A stretch of DNA of 38,011 bases from a virus (lineage: Duplodnaviria; Caudoviricetes): IMG/VR virus record IMGVR_UViG_3300020045_004774, positions 1-38,011 of that record. One strand, given 5' to 3'. The notes below the pieces were generated by a model. That model saw only the letters and a program-made list of their open reading frames with translations. It did not search any database and was not told the origin of the DNA. This document shows positions 18,371 to 25,906 of the stretch, in pieces (position 1 is the first letter of the stretch; each line of letters begins with the position of its first letter). Made by a program: the position numbers and the translations under genes.

Positions 18371-18372
18371 GT

Positions 18373-20664
18373 TTACGACAATTTTATAACCCCAATTCGT
18401 TGTAAGTATAGTGCCACATATCTAACCGAATCTATACAATTATGAACCAATATACCATTTGCAAAATATTCATGAACATCTTCAACCATTAAATCATAAA
18501 CATCTTCAGTCCAAGTATCAATCACTTTTACATCCACAAGTTTTTCTTTTTGAATACTTGTTAACGATGAAAGTATTTCCGCATCGTGTACATTTTCTTT
18601 CAATGTCATCAAGTTTTTTATCTCGTCTATACTGAGCCTTGCATTTTCCACTACAAAATTTTGATTCGCCTTTATGTCTTGTTGTGTAATTGTTTCCGCA
18701 TTGTTGACATTTTTTATCTTCAAAAGGTCTATTAATCCAACATTTTCTACCATGTTCTTTATGCCATTCTCTACCTTCTTCGGACCTATGCCATTCTTTT
18801 GCGCTTTCAATTCCTTTTGCGTGAAAATCTTTAGCCCATTCTGGGTTATTCTTAAATCTCTTTTTTGCAGTGTGTCGCATATGAAGCGAGTTAAGGACCA
18901 AGTTGAGGTTTTCAATCCTATTGTCTGTGGGGTCATCGTTGACGTGGTGAATATCATATCCTTTTGGTATTTGTCCGTTGTAATGTTCCCAAACAGCTCT
19001 ATGAAGCCTTTTTGTACCCTTGCTAAAATACCTTTCGTCTTTGTATAAATAGTAGGTTTTTCCGTTAAATTCTTGTGTAGGAATAATACATTCCCCGCTT
19101 TTAAATTCTGAATTTGTACCCATTCGTTTTCCGTTTTAATTCTATGTGTTTCTGTTGAACACAAATATACGGTTTTTTTCGTATCGAATAGCATCGAGTA
19201 TTTATTTACTTGTTTCTTTCCGTTATGGAATTTATGAAGTACTTTTTTGTAACCTTTTGATGTTAGGACCATTTCGCCTGCTTCAATATCTTTTATTTGT
19301 TTTGGTCCATTAATCGTTTCAATTAATGTACTACCAATAAAACAGTGATTATCCTTGTCCTCAGGCTCTTCTAAAATAGTTCCATATCTATCAACTTTTC
19401 GAGAGTAATTTTCTTGTTCGTATGCGACATTCGTACTTGAACTTGTGTAATATACTTTCAAGTTCTCTAACAAATCAATACCATCAATAATACTTCCCCC
19501 TGGTTTACTCGCTGGTTCTGCGTAATCATATCCAATTCGTCTAAGTGCTGCAATTTTTCGCGGTCGGTTAGAATCGCAAATAATGGTAGATTTCTTTGAT
19601 ATTCCTAATCTATCGAAATACCATTTTACTAAACCTTCATCCATTGAATCTTCGTCCTGTTCACTTAGAATAATTCGTTCTTGTGCTTTGAGGTTTTCAC
19701 GAATCTTGTTTTCGCTTAAATAGTTTAATTCATGAATATACAAGCATCCATCTTGGTACTTAACTTCTGCAATTGCCCACGGGTCAACTTTACCCCAGTC
19801 ATTACCGATGTAAATAGGTGCTTTTATTTCTTGATATTCATGGTCGGGTATTTCCTTCCAACTAAAGATACGATTTGGTTTCTCAGATTTTTCACCTAAT
19901 CCGTACACTTGCCAATTGAACAATGAAGCTGAATTTTTATACTCATTATCTAAACATCGTAACGCTTCGTTAATTTGTCTTTTGGTAAAGTTTAACTTGT
20001 TTTCTATAAAATTATATTGTCTTACTTCATTTTCTTGAATAAGTCCATTTAAAACAATATCTGAATAACTTACAGGTTGGTAGCTTAGGATTTTACGCCT
20101 TGATTCTTCAGGGCAAAACGGATTATCTTTAAATGTAGAATCTATTACAATTGAGCGTGAATCTTTTATTAAATCCTCTACCCAATGGTCTTTTTTAGGG
20201 TTGTAATCAATGAAAATAAAATCTGCGGTTCGTTGGTCTATTTGGTTAAATGTTTCACGGCTTATCTTGTAAGGTTCGTTAGCCCACGCACAATCTTGTG
20301 TTAATCCATGTACCGTTTCTTCATCGTCTGTGCCATGAATTTCAACTGTTGAACCCGAATTATAAGAAAATATTGATTCTGTTTTATTGAAGTCTTGACC
20401 TACTTTGTAAAGTCTTTCACGCTTCAATGTTTTAATCATGTCATTTAGAACGGTTTTTTTGCAATCCGTTTTAGTATCTCGCCAAATAGTTAAACGCTTA
20501 TTCTCTTTTGATCGTGCATAAAGGTCGTAAAATTGTATTAATGAAATAGTTTTACTTGAACGTGAAGAACCACGATTAATAATATAGCGAAATTTGTTTT
20601 TACCATTTTCATCTACTTCATTAATCGCATTCCAAATCTTTTCGAATACAATTGTAACGTCCAT
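18373..20664 (-). CDS. terL: Terminase large subunit (PBSX/SPP1-like), intein-containing precursor; about 461 aa after splicing
   Basis: Walker A GSSRSSKT, Walker B CAWANE, DYNP, nuclease GNDWG..DP; DNH-CID-SVRY motif split by the intein. Confidence 0.95.
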   Translation of the reverse strand: MDVTIVFEKIWNAINEVDENGKNKFRYIINRGSSRSSKTISLIQFYDLYARSKENKRLTIWRDTKTDCKKTVLNDMIKTLKRERLYKVGQDFNKTESIFSYNSGSTVEIHGTDDEETVHGLTQDCAWANEPYKISRETFNQIDQRTADFIFIDYNPKKDHWVEDLIKDSRSIVIDSTFKDNPFCPEESRRKILSYQPVSYSDIVLNGLIQENEVRQYNFIENKLNFTKRQINEALRCLDNEYKNSASLFNWQVYGLGEKSEKPNRIFSWKEIPDHEYQEIKAPIYIGNDWGKVDPWAIAEVKYQDGCLYIHELNYLSENKIRENLKAQERIILSEQDEDSMDEGLVKWYFDRLGISKKSTIICDSNRPRKIAALRRIGYDYAEPASKPGGSIIDGIDLLENLKVYYTSSSTNVAYEQENYSRKVDRYGTILEEPEDKDNHCFIGSTLIETINGPKQIKDIEAGEMVLTSKGYKKVLHKFHNGKKQVNKYSMLFDTKKTVYLCSTETHRIKTENEWVQIQNLKAGNVLFLHKNLTEKPTIYTKTKGILARVQKGFIELFGNITTDKYQKDMIFTTSTMTPQTIGLKTSTWSLTRFICDTLQKRDLRITQNGLKIFTQKELKAQKNGIGPKKVENGIKNMVENVGLIDLLKIKNVNNAETITQQDIKANQNFVVENARLSIDEIKNLMTLKENVHDAEILSSLTSIQKEKLVDVKVIDTWTEDVYDLMVEDVHEYFANGILVHNCIDSVRYVALYLQRIGVIKLS
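18518..19123 (-). CDS. HNH homing endonuclease with C-terminal zinc ribbons, nested in the -1 frame inside the intein
   Basis: LHRAVWEHYNGQIPKGYDIHHVNDDPTDNRIENL (HNH_3-type); CQQC..CSGKC and CTRC..CGC. Confidence 0.9.
   Translation of the reverse strand: MGTNSEFKSGECIIPTQEFNGKTYYLYKDERYFSKGTKRLHRAVWEHYNGQIPKGYDIHHVNDDPTDNRIENLNLVLNSLHMRHTAKKRFKNNPEWAKDFHAKGIESAKEWHRSEEGREWHKEHGRKCWINRPFEDKKCQQCGNNYTTRHKGESKFCSGKCKAQYRRDKKLDDIERKCTRCGNTFIVNKYSKRKTCGCKSD
19162..19169 (-). promoter_or_regulatory. Candidate internal promoter (-7 TATATTTG) for the nested HNH gene
   Basis: Consensus match about 40 nt upstream of the ATG at 19123; weak -33 element. Confidence 0.45.
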
Positions 20665-20667
20665 ATT

Positions 20668-21129
20668 TTAATCTTCATCATCAATGTCGGTAGGTGGTAC
20701 TACTCGAACTTCAATTGTATTGCTCGGTAAATCTTTTCCGTTTGTTGTAACGTCAATTTTTTGATTATCTGCGTAACGTGAACTCATTTTGCCTAAAACC
20801 CATTTACGTGCATCAATTTGCAGTCTGTTACGTTGCACAATATTATGATTAATTTGCGGTTCGCCTGTATTTGGGTCAGTTGTTACGTCTTCGCCTTGTT
20901 TGTCTGCAATCTCTAAAATCTCTTCGAATATTCGGTCAGCACGCACTTCCCTCGCGCGCGTGTACGTGTCAAACAATTCTTTACTATTATTCAACTCTAA
21001 ATAAAAACTACCTCTTGGCATCCCTATTTTTTCACACGCTTTATTAAGTGGCAAAGACTCGTTTTCAATCAATGCCACTACTTCAAATGCAAGTTCTAAA
21101 TTGTTACCTTTTGGTGCTCCCATAATCAC
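20668..21129 (-). CDS. terS: Terminase small subunit (Sf6 gp1-like)
   Basis: GAPKGN, YTRARE.RAD..FEEILEIAD and RNRLQIDARKW motifs; upstream of terL. Confidence 0.88.
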   Translation of the reverse strand: MIMGAPKGNNLELAFEVVALIENESLPLNKACEKIGMPRGSFYLELNNSKELFDTYTRAREVRADRIFEEILEIADKQGEDVTTDPNTGEPQINHNIVQRNRLQIDARKWVLGKMSSRYADNQKIDVTTNGKDLPSNTIEVRVVPPTDIDDED

Positions 21130-21389
21130 TTTCTCGTTTGTCGATTAATAATAACAAAGATAGTCAAAATCTGAATTAAAACGAACAGCAAAACCCACCA
21201 TGAAAAAAAGTAGAATAGAACTAAATTAAGCCACACAAAAACAAGTGATACAATGTGTCGTTTCATCATTTCATTTTGAGTTACCCACATTTGCAGCGAT
21301 GGAAAACCAATCCAAAAAATAGGTAAATGAATAAAACGGCATTGAATGTAAATAATAAATCCAATTATTCCGAATATAAAGTTTTTCAT
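21126..21389 (-). CDS. Membrane protein
   Basis: Strongly hydrophobic 87 aa; coupled ORF. Confidence 0.55.
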   Translation of the reverse strand: MKNFIFGIIGFIIYIQCRFIHLPIFWIGFPSLQMWVTQNEMMKRHIVSLVFVWLNLVLFYFFSWWVLLFVLIQILTIFVIINRQTRK

Positions 21390-21688
21390 AGTTTTTTGTA
21401 TTTATGTCTGAATACGTTTGATGTGTAGATGTAATTCGTTGTATCTTGATTCATTGGCCTTAAAACAACGGAATTACTATCCGCTTGGTAAATATTCCAA
21501 ATAGTATCTTGTTCGACAATGAACTGAGTTGAAAAAATCTGATAGCCATATAATTCACGTAAATGATTTACATTGTAACGAGTATTCAGGCACATATATT
21601 TCTCATATTGTATAAAGTGAGGTATTGTAATTTTATGAGTAATACAACTCGAAATAATGACTACTAATATTAAAAGTGCTTTTTTCAT
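21386..21688 (-). CDS. Putative lipoprotein
   Basis: MKKALLILVVIISSC signal peptide and lipobox. Confidence 0.55.
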   Translation of the reverse strand: MKKALLILVVIISSCITHKITIPHFIQYEKYMCLNTRYNVNHLRELYGYQIFSTQFIVEQDTIWNIYQADSNSVVLRPMNQDTTNYIYTSNVFRHKYKKL

Positions 21689-21697
21689 AATGCTAAT

Positions 21698-21853
21698 TTA
21701 ATCAAATTCTTCGTTAACTTTTCTATTTAAAATTGATTCATCAGAAACATATACTTCTATTCCTTTTCTGTCGTTTAGTGAGTACCAAGCCCATTGATAT
21801 TTAATTGCTAATTTACCAATTTTTTCACGTACTAATTTAGAGCGCTTTCTCAT
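21698..21853 (-). CDS. Small hypothetical protein (51 aa)
   Basis: Manual translation MRKRSKLVREKIG...EEFD*. Confidence 0.45.
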   Translation of the reverse strand: MRKRSKLVREKIGKLAIKYQWAWYSLNDRKGIEVYVSDESILNRKVNEEFD

Positions 21854-22122
21854 CTATCAATATCGTTTAACATTTGTTCATAAACTAACCGCTTTTCAAT
21901 GCAAATATCAGGATTTTTGACCCAATCATTCTTAACAGTATCTGCAATAATTGGACATTCATATTCAACAACTTTAGTAGGTTGTGTTTTCGGTTCTTTG
22001 CATTGTTTAAAATAGATAGTCATAACTATTAAACCAACTACAACCAAATAGAATCCAAATTTAATTGCATCTAAAAACGTTGTGAAATACCATTGTTTGG
22101 CTTGTTCGTTTCGTGTGTTCAT
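21850..22122 (-). CDS. Single-TM hypothetical protein
   Basis: ORF with one TM helix. Confidence 0.6.
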   Translation of the reverse strand: MNTRNEQAKQWYFTTFLDAIKFGFYLVVVGLIVMTIYFKQCKEPKTQPTKVVEYECPIIADTVKNDWVKNPDICIEKRLVYEQMLNDIDR

Positions 22123-22125
22123 TGT

Positions 22126-22497
22126 TTAATTTTTACTATAACACAATTTGTTTTCCTCTCTAATAAGTAACGCTACTTCATAGGCTTCTTGAAATGATTC
22201 ATATTCTTGAAAGTGCCAAACTCTACATGAATCATAGTCTAAAGCATCTTGTTCGATTATTTCAATTAAATGGTTTAAATTCTCTGTTACAAATACTTCA
22301 ACATCGGACGAACCTTCTACAATTTCATCGTAAGTTAATAAGAATACTCTAGGTGTATATCCTTCTGTTTCGCTATATCTTTTTTCAAGGCTTTTAAACC
22401 AAACAATTAAATGTTCAAAGTTTTCAAAGTGAAATCCAACTGGCTTATTTGAACCTAATGCAAAATACTGCATACCGTAATGTCTAAATCTTTTCAT
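22126..22497 (-). CDS. Hypothetical protein
   Basis: ORF in a tightly packed operon. Confidence 0.65.
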   Translation of the reverse strand: MKRFRHYGMQYFALGSNKPVGFHFENFEHLIVWFKSLEKRYSETEGYTPRVFLLTYDEIVEGSSDVEVFVTENLNHLIEIIEQDALDYDSCRVWHFQEYESFQEAYEVALLIREENKLCYSKN

Positions 22498-22502
22498 GTT
22501 TT

Positions 22503-22700
22503 TTATCCTTTATATTTATCAATAAAATTACTAATTCTTTCAATCGTTTTCAATTCCAAATCCTTATTGAAATCATCTTGGTACACATACTTTCGAACCT
22601 TTGAATTTTGCGAGTAACCAACCTCTTTACAAATTGCTGAAATTGTCATACCTGTACGTTCTACAAAGTCCTTTACTTTTATTTGAAATGCTTGTTTCAT
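22503..22700 (-). CDS. Cro/XRE-like HTH protein
   Basis: GMTISAICKEVGYSQNSKVRKY...LKTIERI pattern. Confidence 0.65.
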   Translation of the reverse strand: MKQAFQIKVKDFVERTGMTISAICKEVGYSQNSKVRKYVYQDDFNKDLELKTIERISNFIDKYKG

Positions 22701-22701
22701 G

Positions 22702-22980
22702 TTATTTAATATTTTTAAGTGTATCTTTTGATTCTGCTAGTCTTACATAAATAGCTATTTTAACAGCTTGAAAAAATAACTTTCTTTTTATTTGCCACCA
22801 ATAAGATGAATTTAGAATCTCATTAACAACTATTAAAGCCATTCCACACGCTCTAATATTACTTTTTGCCATTCCATCAAGTGTATATTGTCTGCTTACT
22901 TCAAACGCTCTGTAATCAATATCACTACATTCTGTTATTAATTCATCCGCTCGATTGTATGGTGCTATTTTCTTTTTCAT
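22702..22980 (-). CDS. Hypothetical protein
   Basis: ORF in a tightly packed operon. Confidence 0.6.
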   Translation of the reverse strand: MKKKIAPYNRADELITECSDIDYRAFEVSRQYTLDGMAKSNIRACGMALIVVNEILNSSYWWQIKRKLFFQAVKIAIYVRLAESKDTLKNIK

Positions 22981-22981
22981 A

Positions 22982-23311
22982 TCACTTACTTTTTAAAATT
23001 TCAATTCGTTTATCGTACAAATCAACCTCACTTTGATATTGTGCGTATTCTAGCAACCATTCATTATGTTGTGCACGTTTCATTTTAAAATGCGCTTGGT
23101 TTCGTAAGTTGGTTAAATTGTCAAATGTTTGCTGTGTTTCGACTGCTTGCTTTAACTTGCTGAATGTTTCTAGGAATGCGTTATAGTTATCATTGCTATC
23201 TTTTTCATGAGTAATTGAATTAAATCTTTCTGAAAGTCTATTCTTAGTATTACACTTTTTAATATAGCCAAAAGCCGTTCTTGTCAGTTCTTCTATTTCT
23301 TGTTTTTTCAT
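22982..23311 (-). CDS. Hypothetical protein
   Basis: ORF in a tightly packed operon. Confidence 0.6.
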   Translation of the reverse strand: MKKQEIEELTRTAFGYIKKCNTKNRLSERFNSITHEKDSNDNYNAFLETFSKLKQAVETQQTFDNLTNLRNQAHFKMKRAQHNEWLLEYAQYQSEVDLYDKRIEILKSK

Positions 23312-23314
23312 AGC

Positions 23315-23554
23315 CTAATATGTTCCATCGTTTAAATTGCCTTTGAAAACATTGATTGTGTTAGCGTTAAAGTAAACAGCAAACATATCTCCATCTGTTT
23401 GACATTTTCCTAAATAAACTATTTTTACAATTTGTCTATCTTGCGGTACAATAGTAGCTTCACCCCATCCTTTAGGGTGAAAATAATGCGTAAACTCAAT
23501 ACCCTTACTTTCTTTCTGTGGTTCTTCACCGATAATAATTGCTTTTCTTTTCAT
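23315..23554 (-). CDS. Hypothetical protein
   Basis: ORF with an A-rich initiation region. Confidence 0.6.
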   Translation of the reverse strand: MKRKAIIIGEEPQKESKGIEFTHYFHPKGWGEATIVPQDRQIVKIVYLGKCQTDGDMFAVYFNANTINVFKGNLNDGTY

Positions 23555-23618
23555 AATCTTTTTGTTTTGTTCTGCTAATATAATAAGAATTTATTTATTG
23601 GCAATGGGTTTGTTTGAA

Positions 23619-23828
23619 TTAATCTTTTAAAATTTCAACTTCATTATCTTCTACGTGTCTATATCCATCGTTTATAGATAAAACTGATTGACTACCAAAA
23701 TAACAATACACATATATACCATTTTCATCTTTATATGCTTTTGTAGTTGAACCTATAAAATCTTTAGGATAACCTATGTATTTATTAAATGATATTATTT
23801 TAACGTTGAATGTTTCTTTATTACTCAT
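23619..23828 (-). CDS. Hypothetical protein
   Basis: Coupled ORF. Confidence 0.55.
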   Translation of the reverse strand: MSNKETFNVKIISFNKYIGYPKDFIGSTTKAYKDENGIYVYCYFGSQSVLSINDGYRHVEDNEVEILKD

Positions 23829-24037
23829 ATCTTAACATTTTCCTCATGATATTCTAATAATTTTACACACCTTTCAATCGTTCTTGGGTGTAATTCTAAT
23901 CCGCATATACCAACTAATATACTTCTTAGTTCTTTATTAAATTCTTGCTCAGTCATTTTAATTTTATTTTCGTGTTTAAAATAAATATCAAATTCTTTTT
24001 CTGCTCGTTTCTTACTTCTTTGTGATATTCTACCCAT
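23825..24037 (-). CDS. Hypothetical protein
   Basis: Coupled ORF. Confidence 0.55.
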   Translation of the reverse strand: MGRISQRSKKRAEKEFDIYFKHENKIKMTEQEFNKELRSILVGICGLELHPRTIERCVKLLEYHEENVKI

Positions 24038-24038
24038 G

Positions 24039-24209
24039 TTACCAATTATAATATATTAATAAAATGAAAGCTAGTATCAAAATTCCAAATACAAATGCTT
24101 TTACTATTGCTATTGTTTCTTTTTTGTCTTTTTTATAACTTTCTTTGACTGATGAGAATAACCATATAAGAATAATTATTAACGCTAAATATCTTCCATA
24201 ACCATCCAT
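24039..24209 (-). CDS. Small 2-TM membrane protein (56 aa)
   Basis: Manual translation MDGYGRYLALIIILIW...LLIYYNW*. Confidence 0.5.
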   Translation of the reverse strand: MDGYGRYLALIIILIWLFSSVKESYKKDKKETIAIVKAFVFGILILAFILLIYYNW

Positions 24210-24214
24210 AGCTA

Positions 24215-24880
24215 TTACTTTTTATACTTTTCTTCCAATCTTTTTAACTCAGCATCGACTTGCTCATCTAATAACTCAGCTTCAATCAATGCAATATCTA
24301 CCCATTCTTGAACTGTTTTGATATTCGGTTTAGCTTTCGTACCCAAATCAATTTCAGTTTCTCTAGTAACAACCTTATACCATAATGGGCATATATTATT
24401 CTCAGGACGATAAGAGCAAAAGATATTCTTTTCTAGCTTTTCATTAACTACGAAAGCATGAAGTACTTGGTGAATATTATCGCTAGGTATTTCATCTTGG
24501 CGAATTGTTTGAGTGTGCTTTTTACTAGCAGGTGCTTTAATCTCGCATTGTATTGTACCATCTTCGTTTAGTCCATCGGGGGATATAGCAAGTATTTTAA
24601 TTGAAGAGTTTTGAATTAAACCAACTTCTTTAAATGAAATAAATACTTCACGTCCTAATTCTTCTCTTGCGATACATTCAAGGTCAATACCTCTTTGCAT
24701 ATCGAATGAAACATAACTTTCTTCTTCATCATCAAAATCTTCTGTTAGCTGACTAATCAAATCATTTAATAATGTTTCGGACTTAACAAATAAACCTTTA
24801 GCATTACTACCTGTTATTTTTCCACGTCTAAGTTGAAACCACTCAACGCTCCTTTGTTCTATGTCTTTATGAACTGTCAT
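24215..24880 (-). CDS. YqaJ/lambda-exonuclease family recombination nuclease
   Basis: EQRSVEWFQLRRGKITGS, MQRG..LE, SPDGL and EIKAP motifs. Confidence 0.9.
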   Translation of the reverse strand: MTVHKDIEQRSVEWFQLRRGKITGSNAKGLFVKSETLLNDLISQLTEDFDDEEESYVSFDMQRGIDLECIAREELGREVFISFKEVGLIQNSSIKILAISPDGLNEDGTIQCEIKAPASKKHTQTIRQDEIPSDNIHQVLHAFVVNEKLEKNIFCSYRPENNICPLWYKVVTRETEIDLGTKAKPNIKTVQEWVDIALIEAELLDEQVDAELKRLEEKYKK

Positions 24881-24881
24881 A

Positions 24882-25397
24882 TTAAATATATTTTACTGTT
24901 GTTTTATTTTTTCTGTAACCGTTTAGCATATTGTTTAATGCCTTCGTTTTAATTCCTAAATCTTTTGCACAAGACTCGTTACCATACCAAATCTTTAATG
25001 TAACAGAACATTGAATTGGCTTAAGTTGTGCAATTGAAATTTTATTTCTTGATTCTTGGGTGTGTCTATAACCTAAAACATCTCGTCTATGTATTGCATT
25101 TTCTTTTGGTGTACACCATTCTAAGTTTTCAATTCGGTTATCATCTCTAATTCCATTTATATGATTAACATGTTCCTTATTTAAAGGATTGTCAATAAAC
25201 GTTAAACCAATTAATCTATGAACTCTAAAGTATTGTTTTGATGTGTTTTTTATTAATGTTAATTTTTTATAACCTCTCACATCACTAAATTTTAAGATAG
25301 TATTTTTACCTTGATAAATGGATTTAATTCTACCTAAACTACTTGCTTGATAATAACCTTCATAACCAGGAATATCTTTCCAAATTTCTTCTTGCAT
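24882..25397 (-). CDS. Free-standing NUMOD4-HNH homing endonuclease
   Basis: EIWKDIPGYEGYYQASSLGRIKS (NUMOD4); VHRL...VNHINGIRDDNRIENLEWCT (HNH); HTQESRNKIS (NUMOD3-like). Confidence 0.92.
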   Translation of the reverse strand: MQEEIWKDIPGYEGYYQASSLGRIKSIYQGKNTILKFSDVRGYKKLTLIKNTSKQYFRVHRLIGLTFIDNPLNKEHVNHINGIRDDNRIENLEWCTPKENAIHRRDVLGYRHTQESRNKISIAQLKPIQCSVTLKIWYGNESCAKDLGIKTKALNNMLNGYRKNKTTVKYI

Positions 25398-25403
25398 ATT
25401 TTT

Positions 25404-25502
25404 GCGTTTAAATAATGCGTTTAAAAAAGAATCGAGGAAACCGTAAACGCTTCGGCTTTCAAACGGCTAATTACTTCCGTTCTATCCTCGATTACAAATA
25501 TA
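25404..25502 (-). ncRNA. Candidate structured leader RNA (three-way junction) upstream of the HNH gene
   Basis: Promoter TATATTTG at 25495..25502; outer stem AATCGAGGA/TCCTCGATT; two inner hairpins; T-run; loop complementary to two downstream repeats. Confidence 0.6.
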
Positions 25503-25513
25503 GTAAAATTTTA

Positions 25514-25906
25514 TTACGCTTCAAACTCTTTTAAATATAAATCAATAACTCTTTTCGTCTTTTCTAAATCTTCTTTGAACTGTCCTTTTTTGCGACATCT
25601 TGTAATTCGTTTAATAATATCGAACTCCCAAGCATTCAACTCATGGTCTTGTGCAAACTTATAAAGACTTCCGTTTGTGTTGTTATAGTGTTGGTCTGTT
25701 TGTGGTGGTAAAGGAATATTCTTTAAGGTTAAATTATCTCCTTCTATTATTTCTATCTCTTCTTTGAAAAAGTATGATTCAACTCCAGCATCATTAATAA
25801 CTATATATCTATCGCTACAATCAATATTTAATACATCATAAACCTTTCCTATTGTCAGTTTATCTAATATAGCACCTTGTTTTAATTTTACAAACTTAAC
25901 TTTCAT
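25514..25906 (-). CDS. Hypothetical protein with C-terminal DUF3310/SaV-like domain
   Basis: QHY....IIKRITRCRKKGQFKEDLEK motif. Confidence 0.6.
   Translation of the reverse strand: MKVKFVKLKQGAILDKLTIGKVYDVLNIDCSDRYIVINDAGVESYFFKEEIEIIEGDNLTLKNIPLPPQTDQHYNNTNGSLYKFAQDHELNAWEFDIIKRITRCRKKGQFKEDLEKTKRVIDLYLKEFEA

Larger units (their letters stand above)
18439..19344 (-). mobile_element. Intein in TerL (residues 441-742, 302 aa)
   Basis: Block A CFIGSTLIET, block B STETHRI, block F VYDLMVEDVHEYFANG, block G VHN followed by Cys+1. Confidence 0.95.

Noticed and set aside
16999-18372. Portal as an actively invertible segment
   Set aside because: No inverted repeats at the two boundaries and no recombinase gene found
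18674-19048. Third overlapping ORF (plus strand, 124 aa) inside the intein
   Set aside because: F-rich antisense shadow with no motif or expression signals; it also lies beyond the portal terminator
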